A DNA stretch of 58,071 nt, taken from the IMG/VR virus record IMGVR_UViG_3300034062_006549, positions 1-58,071 of that record; one strand, 5' to 3'. Positions 1 to 8,991 of the stretch are shown here, in pieces. The notes under the pieces are model-generated. The model was not told the DNA's origin. It saw only the letters and a program-made list of their open reading frames with translations, and searched no databases. How positions within the stretch are numbered: position 1 is the first letter of the stretch; every line of letters starts with the position of its first letter. Made by a program: the position numbers and the translations under genes. Origin of the DNA: a virus (lineage: Duplodnaviria; Caudoviricetes).

Positions 1-125
1 CCTTGGTTTGTGAAATTTTCCAAAATATCCAACGTTGAGACGAAGGTGTATTTGTTAGACATTTTAGGGTCAGCAGAAGTTGTGAATACTGCAGGGGCGA
101 TTTTTTTGATTTCTTGGATTGTCAT
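1..125 (-). CDS. DUF932/DUF945-family protein, N-terminal part (runs off window)
   Basis: Manual translation MTIQEIKKIAPAVFTTSADPKMSNKYTFVSTLDILENFTNQG resembles the DUF932 N-terminus (P-x-x-F...S-x-x-Y-x-F-x-x-T); a Bacteroidota-type promoter lies directly upstream. Confidence 0.7.
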   Translation of the reverse strand, partial: MTIQEIKKIAPAVFTTSADPKMSNKYTFVSTLDILENFTNQ

Positions 126-160
126 ATCTTTAAGTTTTTAGTGGTGAGTAATTGATAAAT

Positions 161-192
161 CAAAGATACAACTAGATTTTCTTATTTCCAAA
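161..192 (-). promoter_or_regulatory. Bacteroidota housekeeping-type promoter (-33 TTTG, -7 TAnnTTTG)
   Basis: Minus strand reads TTTG (192-189), 20-nt spacer, TATCTTTG (168-161), about 35 nt upstream of the DUF932 ATG. Confidence 0.75.
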
Positions 193-193
193 T

Positions 194-478
194 CTAATTC
201 AAAGAAATTAATCCATATTTTGTTTTTTGAAAGACCCCATTGGTAAGTAGCACATTTATATCAGGTTTTCCTTTCTTAATCCCCACAACAATTTCAATTA
301 ATTGTTTTTGAGTTAAAACAATGTCCTCCCCATTATCAAAGTTCTTATAACATTGTTCTTCGACCTTTTTATAAAAAACTTCTTTGAGATCATTACCAAT
401 CAAATCAATTAATTCATTTGGATTATTCTCAAAGAAGTTTATAAAATTCTTAATGTATATTTCAACATCAACATTCAT
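194..478 (-). CDS. hypothetical protein
   Basis: 94-aa ORF with ATG start, in operon context. Confidence 0.75.
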   Translation of the reverse strand: MNVDVEIYIKNFINFFENNPNELIDLIGNDLKEVFYKKVEEQCYKNFDNGEDIVLTQKQLIEIVVGIKKGKPDINVLLTNGVFQKTKYGLISLN

Positions 479-488
479 AGTATATTAT

Positions 489-1862
489 TTAATTTATGTA
501 ATAAAATTGGTCACCTTGGTCTAACATTCTTTCCTTAAACTCTTCAGGAATTATAATGTTTGGATTTGTACCTTTCAAGTTAACAAAGGATAAAGATTCC
601 ATATTATTAATTGATTTTGGTAACTCTTTCAATTCTTTATTGGATGGTAAAGAAAGAATATTCAAATTTTGAAGGTTTCCAATACTCTCAGGTAATGTTT
701 TAACCATATTTTGTAATACTAATCCACTTAAGTCTTTAAATTGTCCGATACTTTCAGGAACATCTAAAGCAATTGTTTGATTTGATGTATTGTTAATGAT
801 TAAGTGTTCAATATCTTTTGGAAGATTTTCAAATAATTCAACAAAACCATATAGTGCCACATAATTACCCGCAGAACCACCAGGATAATTTATCTCAATT
901 TTTTTACCACCCTTAGTTGCCAAACCTTTAGCAAATTCAGATTTAAAGAAATCTTTTAACTCAGAACCTTTACCATTCAAAAATTCAACCAAATTAATTT
1001 GTCTATCATGTCTATCCATAAATTGACTTGATGGGAAATGGAATTGATATCTTTCTTCAGGTAATCCTGTTCTTTTACCTACCTTTCCACCATCATTCTG
1101 TGGGAATACAACGTACAAAGGACCATCTTTGATATATCTTTCAAACCAAGTCAAACCAGGTGCTGATGTACACCAATCAGATTCACCCTCTCTATAGTCT
1201 TTATACCCACCATAATATATTGCAGCATCTTTACTAGTTGCGTTGTTGCCCTCAACTTTTATTAAAACCCAATCTGAACCTTCATATATGATTTGGCCAC
1301 CAGCGTGTTTCAATCCTTCTCTAGTTTTCTTTGCTTGTTTTTTCTCTAGTTCTTTCTGTTTCTTTTCAGGTAACTTGAAATTAGCAAAGATATCTTTAAG
1401 TTGGACAGGTGTTAATTTGTTAATGTCTCTTTGTTCTTGTGGGAGATATTGTTTTACTTTTTCATAGAATTCAAGTTGTTCTCTCATCTTGAATAAGTCC
1501 TCTAAAAACAATTCTCTATATCTTTTTATAGTTTCTTTGAATTCCTTAGATTGTGGATCCATAGACTTCATTTCCTCAGTCATTGCGGGAGCAACAAAGT
1601 GTTTTAACATCCATTGTGTGAATTTACCAACTTTAACGTTATCCATATCCTCAATGGAAGCTCCATCAATATCAAAATTTTCAGGAGCTTTGCTATCAGG
1701 GTCAGCAAATATAATTTGTTTTAATATATCAAATGTCATTAACCCTTTAGCTTTAGGATTTTTTTCTAACGCTTTTTGTGATGGGGTTACCATTTTATCA
1801 TAAAGAACTTTGAATCTCGAATTTTCTACGATAAGTTTTTTAAGTACGGATGTAAATCTCAT
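489..1862 (-). CDS. leucine-rich-repeat protein with central WCT-motif (PcfJ-like) domain
   Basis: C-terminal LRRs (VPESIGQFKDLSGLVL, LPESIGNLQNLNILSL, LPKSINNMESLSFVNL); central WCTSAPG...RYQFHF...QFMD segment; TATTTAT upstream. Confidence 0.7.
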   Translation of the reverse strand: MRFTSVLKKLIVENSRFKVLYDKMVTPSQKALEKNPKAKGLMTFDILKQIIFADPDSKAPENFDIDGASIEDMDNVKVGKFTQWMLKHFVAPAMTEEMKSMDPQSKEFKETIKRYRELFLEDLFKMREQLEFYEKVKQYLPQEQRDINKLTPVQLKDIFANFKLPEKKQKELEKKQAKKTREGLKHAGGQIIYEGSDWVLIKVEGNNATSKDAAIYYGGYKDYREGESDWCTSAPGLTWFERYIKDGPLYVVFPQNDGGKVGKRTGLPEERYQFHFPSSQFMDRHDRQINLVEFLNGKGSELKDFFKSEFAKGLATKGGKKIEINYPGGSAGNYVALYGFVELFENLPKDIEHLIINNTSNQTIALDVPESIGQFKDLSGLVLQNMVKTLPESIGNLQNLNILSLPSNKELKELPKSINNMESLSFVNLKGTNPNIIIPEEFKERMLDQGDQFYYIN

Positions 1863-1877
1863 TATTTTTTTATTTTT

Positions 1878-1888
1878 ATAAATAAATA
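1878..1888 (-). promoter_or_regulatory. putative late promoter TATTTAT (two overlapping copies)
   Basis: Sense strand TATTTATTTAT, 15 nt before the ATG at 1862; the motif recurs before many structural genes. Confidence 0.55.
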
Positions 1889-1967
1889 TCTAATAATTAT
1901 GAAATTGTCTTATTAATTATAATATTGATTATAAACACAAAGATAGTATTTTTATTATTAAAAAACT

Positions 1968-2123
1968 ATGAAACAAGAAAAAGATTGCACAAGTTGTAAA
2001 AAAAAGGTCAAAACTATAAAACCATCACAAATGTTGATGATTGGTCTTTCTGTTTATATTTTTATAAGTGCATTGTATGGTACTTATAAATTAACATCAT
2101 ATCTAATATCTATGTTTTTTTAA
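1968..2123 (+). CDS. small CxxC membrane protein (51 aa, not in ORF track)
   Basis: Manual translation [51 protein letters not shown]; fills the intergenic gap; CTSC plus one hydrophobic helix. Confidence 0.6.
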   Translation: MKQEKDCTSCKKKVKTIKPSQMLMIGLSVYIFISALYGTYKLTSYLISMFF

Positions 2124-3021
2124 ACTTAACAATTAAGTTAATAATTAAGTCTCCAACAATATTTTCAATCCTGAATCCCTTATTTTTAATTCTCAATGGT
2201 TTAGACGAATCAAATTCATTCGGAAACTTTACAGATAAAATTCCATCAGGATGAGGTACTTCAAAATTTTCCTTATTTAAATCTTCTTTAGTTAAAAAAC
2301 AATTATAAACTAAATCGGTCTCAATTTTGTCAAAGTTCTTTTCGGGTTTAACAATAATTCTAACAACTAGATTACCGAAACTACCATTACTGAAATCCCC
2401 TTTACCTTGCATTCTAAAGAATTGCCCATCACCAATTCCTTTTGGTAATTTTATTTTAATTGTCTCTGTAGTCGGCACAGCACCATTACCAAGACAATTA
2501 TTACATTTAGACTTAAATGTGAATCCTTGACCTCTACAATCATTACAAGGTTGTTTAAATATCTGTGTAAAAAATCCTGAACCCATAGTTACTGTTGTAT
2601 ATCCAACACCATTACATCTATGACAAGTTGATTTTTCACCACCTCTACCATCACATTTATTACAATTAGTAAATCTTTTATATGAAAAGGTTTTTTCTTG
2701 TCCAAAATACGATTCTAACGCACCAACTTCCAAATCAATTACTTTTTCAGGAACACTATTTCTTCTTTGGTTGAAAAAAGAGTTGTTGAATAGGTCTTCA
2801 AAAGTTGCACCTCCACCAAATGGGTTTTTTCTTTGTGTGTCATATTGTTGTCTTTTATTATTATCACTTAATATATCGTAAGCCTCAGATATTTTCTTAA
2901 ATTTTTCTTCATTCCCACCTTTATCTGGGTGATGTTCCATTGCTAACTTTCTATAACTTTTTTTAATCTCATCATTATTTGCTGTTTCTGGAACACCTAA
3001 AATTTCGTAATAATTTTCCAT
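2110..3021 (-). CDS. dnaJ: DnaJ chaperone
   Basis: J domain with HPD, four CxxCxGxG zinc-finger repeats, C-terminal substrate-binding domain. Confidence 0.95.
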   Translation of the reverse strand: MENYYEILGVPETANNDEIKKSYRKLAMEHHPDKGGNEEKFKKISEAYDILSDNNKRQQYDTQRKNPFGGGATFEDLFNNSFFNQRRNSVPEKVIDLEVGALESYFGQEKTFSYKRFTNCNKCDGRGGEKSTCHRCNGVGYTTVTMGSGFFTQIFKQPCNDCRGQGFTFKSKCNNCLGNGAVPTTETIKIKLPKGIGDGQFFRMQGKGDFSNGSFGNLVVRIIVKPEKNFDKIETDLVYNCFLTKEDLNKENFEVPHPDGILSVKFPNEFDSSKPLRIKNKGFRIENIVGDLIINLIVKFKKT

Positions 3022-3057
3022 TATTTATATTATGATTAATCAGTTTATTATTTATTT

Positions 3058-3696
3058 ATGAATTATCTAGTTGTCTTATTTAAAAATAAAGAAAAAAGGA
3101 AAATAATCAACAAGTTCAAAACTAAGAAAAAAGCTTTGGACTTCTACAACAAACTTGTTTCTGAGAGTAACGATGTCGTTTTCAATAAAAGTACCGAAAA
3201 TGGTTTTGAATGTTTTTTTGAATTAGCTTTATTAGAGAAAAAAGAAATGAATCAAGATAAAGTTTACATTAAAGATGAATTGGGAAGAACCATATTAGTC
3301 AAAACTGACTCAGAGGACTATAATATATTAAAAATTTCTAACTATAATATTGAGGAAGATTTTGTTGATTATTCTACAAAACAGAAAATTACAAGTTTGG
3401 GTTTAGAAAAAAAATACCTGAGTAAATCAGGTATAAAACTTGTATCTAAATTAAACAACAAGATTGTTGTTCAGAATGATGAAAAAATAAATTTATTTAC
3501 TTTCAAAAATTCAGACGATGCTGATAGGTTTATTACTAGTTTTGAGAAATACTATACCACCAAAAAGAAAGATTGTATATTCGTGAAAGATTACTCATTT
3601 CCACAAAGGAAATATATGTATGAATTACTTACAAACTATGGTTTCCCTAAATCTTATCTTCAGCGATATTCAACAACTCATCCCGTAAAAAAATAA
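3058..3696 (+). CDS. hypothetical protein
   Basis: 212-aa ORF divergent from dnaJ; TATTTAT at 3049-3055. Confidence 0.75.
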   Translation: MNYLVVLFKNKEKRKIINKFKTKKKALDFYNKLVSESNDVVFNKSTENGFECFFELALLEKKEMNQDKVYIKDELGRTILVKTDSEDYNILKISNYNIEEDFVDYSTKQKITSLGLEKKYLSKSGIKLVSKLNNKIVVQNDEKINLFTFKNSDDADRFITSFEKYYTTKKKDCIFVKDYSFPQRKYMYELLTNYGFPKSYLQRYSTTHPVKK

Positions 3697-3895
3697 ATTC
3701 AATACCTGAGATATCAATTTTAAATTGATTGGTATTTGAAAAATTATCAACTTGTGTCTTACTAAAATCGAAATCTTTTTGGTTTAAAGAGAATACAACA
3801 ACAGATCTGCTCTCAGGAAATATTTTTCCTATTTCATCTGATACTAATGCAAGTTTTTCAATCAACCCATTAATACTTTCTTTATTCGTTGCCAT
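3647..3895 (-). CDS. hypothetical protein
   Basis: 82-aa ORF in a tightly overlapping minus-strand run. Confidence 0.65.
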   Translation of the reverse strand: MATNKESINGLIEKLALVSDEIGKIFPESRSVVVFSLNQKDFDFSKTQVDNFSNTNQFKIDISGIEFIFLRDELLNIAEDKI

Positions 3896-4050
3896 ATTGT
3901 CAATTTTTTTGGTTTTGTGATTATATTTTCTTTTTTAGTTTTAAGGATTTCATTGATTAGTTTTTCTTTTTGGACTTTAACTTCCAAGCTATCCTTTTGT
4001 TTTTCTTTTTCTAACCAATCAAGTTGTTGTTCTAATTTGTTCTTCATCAT
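3862..4050 (-). CDS. hypothetical protein
   Basis: 62-aa coiled-coil-like ORF overlapping its neighbours. Confidence 0.6.
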   Translation of the reverse strand: MMKNKLEQQLDWLEKEKQKDSLEVKVQKEKLINEILKTKKENIITKPKKLTIWQRIKKVLMG

Positions 4051-4441
4051 CTTCTAATTGAATTTTTGTCGATTTTTCTACAATGTCAAATTGGAGACCT
4101 TTAAGTTTATCCAAATTTTGTTTTTCAAAAATTTGTTTAAGTTCCTCAACCTTACTTTCAAATAATCTATCTTTTTCTTCTCTTTCCAAATTATATTTAA
4201 TAATATTTTTGATGTTGATGTGTGCTTTTTGTACACCATCTTCAGTAATCTCGGTTACGTAAGAAAAAAGTCTTTCATTTTGTATTTGTGATGTTTGTTC
4301 CATAATTTTATCTTCTTCAACAAACTTCTTAGGTATTTTCCAAGTATTGGGGAAACTAACATCAAATGATAGATAATTTTTAAGTTTTCTTACCGATTGT
4401 AAGTATGGTAATAATGCTGAAAATTCTTGATATAAACTCAT
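4019..4441 (-). CDS. hypothetical protein
   Basis: 140-aa ORF; its start overlaps the upstream stop. Confidence 0.75.
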   Translation of the reverse strand: MSLYQEFSALLPYLQSVRKLKNYLSFDVSFPNTWKIPKKFVEEDKIMEQTSQIQNERLFSYVTEITEDGVQKAHINIKNIIKYNLEREEKDRLFESKVEELKQIFEKQNLDKLKGLQFDIVEKSTKIQLEDDEEQIRTTT

Positions 4442-4626
4442 AATTTTATAAAATATGTTAATGTATAGGCTAATGACATTCCTAAGAATATGAGTTCCCT
4501 ATTACTCATAACCATTGGTACTGGTGGATTAGATAATAGAGTACTCATAAACCTATGGATTACTCTGAGGATAATTAATATAGAAAAAATATTCAAAAAT
4601 AGAAATAAACTATCTATATTATACAT
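4438..4626 (-). CDS. small two-helix membrane protein
   Basis: Two hydrophobic segments in 62 aa; translationally coupled to neighbours. Confidence 0.65.
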   Translation of the reverse strand: MYNIDSLFLFLNIFSILIILRVIHRFMSTLLSNPPVPMVMSNRELIFLGMSLAYTLTYFIKL

Positions 4627-4801
4627 TTTCCTCCTTTTTTCTTTCTTCGAGAATTTCTGTTCTCAGTTTTTGCAATAAATTTTTTAAATCTTGTGCAATT
4701 TTTCTTGCTCTTGTTCCAGCACTATTGTTGCCTTTGAAAAATTTTGTTGTGTCTACTGATAGTTCTTCTGTCAGGGTTTTAATTTTTTCAATTGTTTCCA
4801 T
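4619..4801 (-). CDS. histone H1-like (Hc1-family) nucleoid protein, Bacteroidota type
   Basis: KGNNSAGTRARK...LR motif matches the GNKAAGTRARK signature of short Bacteroidota Hc1-like proteins. Confidence 0.8.
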   Translation of the reverse strand: METIEKIKTLTEELSVDTTKFFKGNNSAGTRARKIAQDLKNLLQKLRTEILEERKKEENV

Positions 4802-4871
4802 TTTATGTTTTTTTTTAATTACTTAAAAAGTAAATTTTTTTGGGTTTATGTAAATAAAAAACGTGTTTTTT

Positions 4872-5339
4872 TTAAATTTTAAGACTTCTATCTAACAACT
4901 TATATAGCACAACTATCATATCTAAATCAGATTTTGTAAATGGTTTTTTTATATCAAATAGTTCGTCAAAAAAATTTTTTACAGATTTTTTTATTTTTTC
5001 CTCTTTTTGGTTATAGAATATATCTTCAAAGAATATTTTAAAATAATCAAAATGTTCTCCTTTCAAATCAAAATATAAACCTTCTTTTTTAAAATTTTCG
5101 ATTGTTTTATTCCAACACCATTCAAAATGTTTTTTGTTATCTTCTTTTGTTAAAGTTATTTTTGTTTCAATGGAATTAGTGTTTTCACCCAAATATGTCA
5201 TTTTAATCAGTTCATATAATGATTGACTGAAATCTGAAAATAACTCCATCTTTTCAGGAATTATATTATTCATTTTCAACCAAACATCAACTTCGTCAGG
5301 TGGCACAGGTTTGGATATATAATTAAAAAAATTCTCCAT
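4872..5339 (-). CDS. hypothetical protein
   Basis: 155-aa ORF. Confidence 0.8.
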   Translation of the reverse strand: MENFFNYISKPVPPDEVDVWLKMNNIIPEKMELFSDFSQSLYELIKMTYLGENTNSIETKITLTKEDNKKHFEWCWNKTIENFKKEGLYFDLKGEHFDYFKIFFEDIFYNQKEEKIKKSVKNFFDELFDIKKPFTKSDLDMIVVLYKLLDRSLKI

Positions 5340-5362
5340 AAGAAATATAACTTATGGAGAAT
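5331..5362 (-). terminator. 12-bp hairpin with T-tract, overlapping the start codon at 5339
   Basis: ATTCTCCATAAG-8 nt-CTTATGGAGAAT perfect inverted repeat, followed by TTTTTT on the minus strand. Confidence 0.7.
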
Positions 5363-5386
5363 ATAATAATTAATAGTAAAATGTAA

Positions 5387-6910
5387 TTACTGAGTTTTTC
5401 TATTGTAACTGAATAATTGTTTCATTCTTGAGAACTCTTCATTTAAAACTTTAACATTTTTTTCTTCAGTAGATTCTAATTTTAGATTTAATCCTTTTCC
5501 TTTTTCTGTTCCAGTCTTTTCGTTGAAAACAGGTTGGGGTACTCTATTATAAGATTGGTCTTTTAACTTCTTTAAAGTATTCTTCTTTCTCATCTTGTTA
5601 AATCTCTTATTTGTTTCAGAATCTAAAGCATTACCACCAGGTGCATTACCTGTCTTAGAGTCACCATCAAATAATTTATCCATCCAATCTTCATTATAGT
5701 TAATAGCATCAGGAATAGGGAAATTTTGACCAGCAATTTCATAATTGAAATCTTCCAAATCATCAGTCATTTTGTACGCTTTCTTATCCATTTTTGCTAA
5801 CTCACCATTACCCTTAGGGAACATCTTTGGATTCATATCAAATTTACCTTTAGACCCATCCTTTAGGTAATCTTTCATCTTCTTTTCTAATGACTTGAAG
5901 TATTCTTTGTTTTCTTTACCTGAACCTTTGTGGGCTTTCTCATAAACTGTAAGTCCTTTTGGTTTACCTATTGTTTTAAGTCCTAAAGCCTTTTGTTCAA
6001 TAACCAAATTTTCAATCAAATCAACCATTTCATTTTCTGAAAGTCTGATAGTGTCACCCATTCTATCTTTGATATGGTATTCAAGACTCTCTTTTTTCAA
6101 ATCGTAATTTGATTTGTCCTTAAATTTTTTTCCACCTAATTTAAATGTTCCACCTTTTTTAGTCTGAGCTAATTTAGCAGTAAAAGCATTACCTTCTTCT
6201 ACTTCCTCTTCTTCAACATTATGTTTTGATTTTTTACTTTTACGTAAAAGTTTAAAATCTTCAGCATCAATTTTATTGTTTTTGTTTTTATCTAACTTTT
6301 TTTGTTTTCCTTTTAATTCTTCATTTAACATACTTTGATGAATTTCACATCTTTCTTCATCGAATTTATCACTATTTTCATCACAATAGTCATTCAAAAC
6401 GTCCTCATCGGTTATATCTTCCTCATAGTCATCTTCATAGTCATCAAACTCCTCAATATAGTCAAATGATTGTTTTTTTGGAAATTTTCCAGCAACATCA
6501 TAGATTCCTTCATATTTCTCACCACATTCCATACATTCACCTTCTCTCATCATTCCACCACATTCGCACATTTCTCCTTCATTGATTGGTTCAATATCGT
6601 CTTCACCCTCAATATATGGGTCTAAATCATCATCATCACCATATAATTCGTCATCTAAATCAATGTCACGAATAAAATCTTCTTCAGGTGTCAAAGAATC
6701 TCTATCAATATCTCTGAACATATCTTTGAAGTTTACTTTTTTATAATCTCTTGGGTCAAAGTCACGACTATCACCTCTTGTGAATTCATCATCACCATAA
6801 GCTTCTTCTAAATCTTTGATTCTATTCATTAATTTATCGGCCTTGGATTCCAAAGTTTCATTAATGGCTCTTCTTAATAAGTTTTTGTAGTATCTTTCTG
6901 AGTTTTTCAT
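5387..6910 (-). CDS. acidic/basic low-complexity protein, probably a head-internal protein
   Basis: Acidic tracts, CECGG...CMECG zinc ribbon, EF-hand/dockerin-like LDKNKNNKIDAEDF, many I/L/V-x-E sites; TATTTAT at 6925-6931. Confidence 0.6.
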   Translation of the reverse strand: MKNSERYYKNLLRRAINETLESKADKLMNRIKDLEEAYGDDEFTRGDSRDFDPRDYKKVNFKDMFRDIDRDSLTPEEDFIRDIDLDDELYGDDDDLDPYIEGEDDIEPINEGEMCECGGMMREGECMECGEKYEGIYDVAGKFPKKQSFDYIEEFDDYEDDYEEDITDEDVLNDYCDENSDKFDEERCEIHQSMLNEELKGKQKKLDKNKNNKIDAEDFKLLRKSKKSKHNVEEEEVEEGNAFTAKLAQTKKGGTFKLGGKKFKDKSNYDLKKESLEYHIKDRMGDTIRLSENEMVDLIENLVIEQKALGLKTIGKPKGLTVYEKAHKGSGKENKEYFKSLEKKMKDYLKDGSKGKFDMNPKMFPKGNGELAKMDKKAYKMTDDLEDFNYEIAGQNFPIPDAINYNEDWMDKLFDGDSKTGNAPGGNALDSETNKRFNKMRKKNTLKKLKDQSYNRVPQPVFNEKTGTEKGKGLNLKLESTEEKNVKVLNEEFSRMKQLFSYNRKTQ

Positions 6911-6931
6911 TTTTGTTTTTTAATATAAATA

Positions 6932-7783
6932 TTATCTTTTTCCTTTGTGTAAATTTTGGATAAGTAATTTTTTAATGTATTGTTCACTAATGTTATATTT
7001 TTCACTTAATTCTGATACAATTTTATCAAGTTTTTGTTCATTAGTTAAATTAAGTGCATTAATATCACCCTGATTACAATAAGGGAATGTTTTACATTCC
7101 TTTTTAACTTGAACGAATTGTCCACCAGGAATCTGAGTTTTAGATTTACCTCTCCAATGTTTCTTTTTTGTTGATTTAGCCCAAGCCGCAGGTGTAACAT
7201 AAGCTCCTGCAGAACCTGAACCAGTTGCTTCTTTAGTTTCAACTTTTTTGGGTGTTTCCTTGAAACTATCTTTCACAAATTTAGAATTGGGGTTGAACCC
7301 AACAGGTGCAAGAAATCCACCAGCTGAACCTGAACCAGTCGCTTCTTTAGTCTCTTTTTTCTTTTTACCTTGACAATGTGCTCTTTGACTAAACCCTTTG
7401 GGGTGAGTACAATCTACACTATCTTTATATTTTTGACTCCATTTTTCTTCAACTTCTTTTTTTGTCATTTTGATGGAATCTTTCGTAGTCTTTTTATTCT
7501 CTTTAGTTTCTGTTTTTTTCATAGAGAAAACTTTACCAATAGGTAAATTCATTTTCTTATTACCCACCAAATCTTTGATTTGTGATTTTTTTATTTTTCT
7601 TTTAATTATGGGTGTTTTATCCTCATCTACAGCACGTTTGAATTTATCTTTAGTGTCACTCATATCTGATAAAGATGATGAGTCGTAATCAGATGGGTTC
7701 ATTAAATTACTTACTTTTGAAAATTCAGACCCCATTGTAGTTGATAAGTTTTTACCAAATTGACTTTCTTTAATTTCTCTCAT
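6932..7783 (-). CDS. basic protein with internal repeats, probably a head-internal protein
   Basis: Two ETKEATGSGSAG repeats; KWSQKYKDSVDC..PKGFSQRAHC module; CKTFPYC module. Confidence 0.6.
   Translation of the reverse strand: MREIKESQFGKNLSTTMGSEFSKVSNLMNPSDYDSSSLSDMSDTKDKFKRAVDEDKTPIIKRKIKKSQIKDLVGNKKMNLPIGKVFSMKKTETKENKKTTKDSIKMTKKEVEEKWSQKYKDSVDCTHPKGFSQRAHCQGKKKKETKEATGSGSAGGFLAPVGFNPNSKFVKDSFKETPKKVETKEATGSGSAGAYVTPAAWAKSTKKKHWRGKSKTQIPGGQFVQVKKECKTFPYCNQGDINALNLTNEQKLDKIVSELSEKYNISEQYIKKLLIQNLHKGKR
7209..7354. repeat. imperfect 32-nt direct repeat (two copies, coding)
   Basis: gcagaacctgaaccagttgcttctttagtttc (7209-7240) and gctgaacctgaaccagtcgcttctttagtctc (7323-7354). Confidence 0.85.
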
Positions 7784-8435
7784 CTGATATTTTTGTTGTT
7801 TTACGATTACCTAAAATTTTAGCCCATTTTGATTTAAATTTTTCATAGTACCCTTTTAATTTTTGTACTACTTCCATAAAATCATCTGACATAGTTATCA
7901 TCTCACCTTTCATATAAACACCATTTTCTTCACCAACTAAGTACATAAAATCAACATTAAACTCAATAAGTTTACCCGACCATTCAACAGAATTTGGATA
8001 TACATTTAGTTGATTAAATTCAACTAAGTCGGAAACTTCATTTACGAATTCTTCCATAGTTTCTTGGAATGCTGTTTTCTCGTCACTAGTGAGTTTCAAT
8101 TCTTTTTGGTCTTTACCATGAAAAACTAATAACCCACCTGAAATTCTATATGTTTCTCTTTTATCTCTTTTACTTTTTTTATCCATTCCTTCATCCTCAA
8201 GCTCATCATCTTCAATTTCAGTTTCAACTGATTTTGCAACATTTATTTTTTTTGTTGGATTGGATGAAGTTAAGTCATATTGTTCATTAAGAATTCCATA
8301 TTGTTTTTTTATACTTTGAAATTCTAACAAGGAATCTTTAGTTGATAGCATACTTCTTGATGCCTCCAATAATTTTTTTATTTCATCGTGTTTGTTATAC
8401 ATTTTCAATTTTGTTTCTAAAAATTTCAAAATCAA
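7770..8435 (-). CDS. hypothetical protein (start probably ~8402, MYNKHD)
   Basis: ORF of about 210 aa coupled to the amidase-like gene. Confidence 0.75.
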   Translation of the reverse strand: MILKFLETKLKMYNKHDEIKKLLEASRSMLSTKDSLLEFQSIKKQYGILNEQYDLTSSNPTKKINVAKSVETEIEDDELEDEGMDKKSKRDKRETYRISGGLLVFHGKDQKELKLTSDEKTAFQETMEEFVNEVSDLVEFNQLNVYPNSVEWSGKLIEFNVDFMYLVGEENGVYMKGEMITMSDDFMEVVQKLKGYYEKFKSKWAKILGNRKTTKISDERN

Positions 8436-8991
8436 AGGCGGGACTTAAATCAGTAAAATTTGAATCAAAATTACTTCTCGTCACAATACCTTCAAATTTT
8501 TCAATACCATTTATTTTTGTGTTATGCTCAATTACTTCTTTTGACATTCGCATTTCTTTCACAATGTTCTTACAAAGTATAGATAAAGATTCTATTTGTA
8601 CTTCCTTGTATGGATCCCAAAAAAAATAATCACGCCATTTTCTTTCAAATGACTTACCTTTATAAATATCACCTATCCAATTAACGTATTGGTTTTCTAA
8701 TGGTTGTTTTTCTAACCATCCCAAATTTTCTAAACTTACAATTATTGAATTTCTATTTAAGTTTATTTCAGAAAAAAATTCTGTGTGTTCAATATTTTCC
8801 AATAATTGTAATACTTTACCTTCTTTTGTTATAATATAATTTGGAATTCTTTTATAAGTTCCATTATACCTATAACGTAAAGAAGCCAAATAATTCTCCA
8901 CATTTCTACTAGTGTGTGTAAGAATTATTTGACTCTTCTTTTTTTGTTTACCAAGAGGTTTAAAGTTACCATATTTGATTATGTCTATCAT
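8395..8991 (-). CDS. Amidase_2/PGRP-fold protein with degenerate active site
   Basis: IILTHT...NYIITKEGKVLQL...NRNSIIVSLEN...QIESL...GIVTRSN...TDLSP follows the AmpD/T7-lysozyme motif order. Confidence 0.75.
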   Translation of the reverse strand: MIDIIKYGNFKPLGKQKKKSQIILTHTSRNVENYLASLRYRYNGTYKRIPNYIITKEGKVLQLLENIEHTEFFSEINLNRNSIIVSLENLGWLEKQPLENQYVNWIGDIYKGKSFERKWRDYFFWDPYKEVQIESLSILCKNIVKEMRMSKEVIEHNTKINGIEKFEGIVTRSNFDSNFTDLSPAFDFEIFRNKIENV

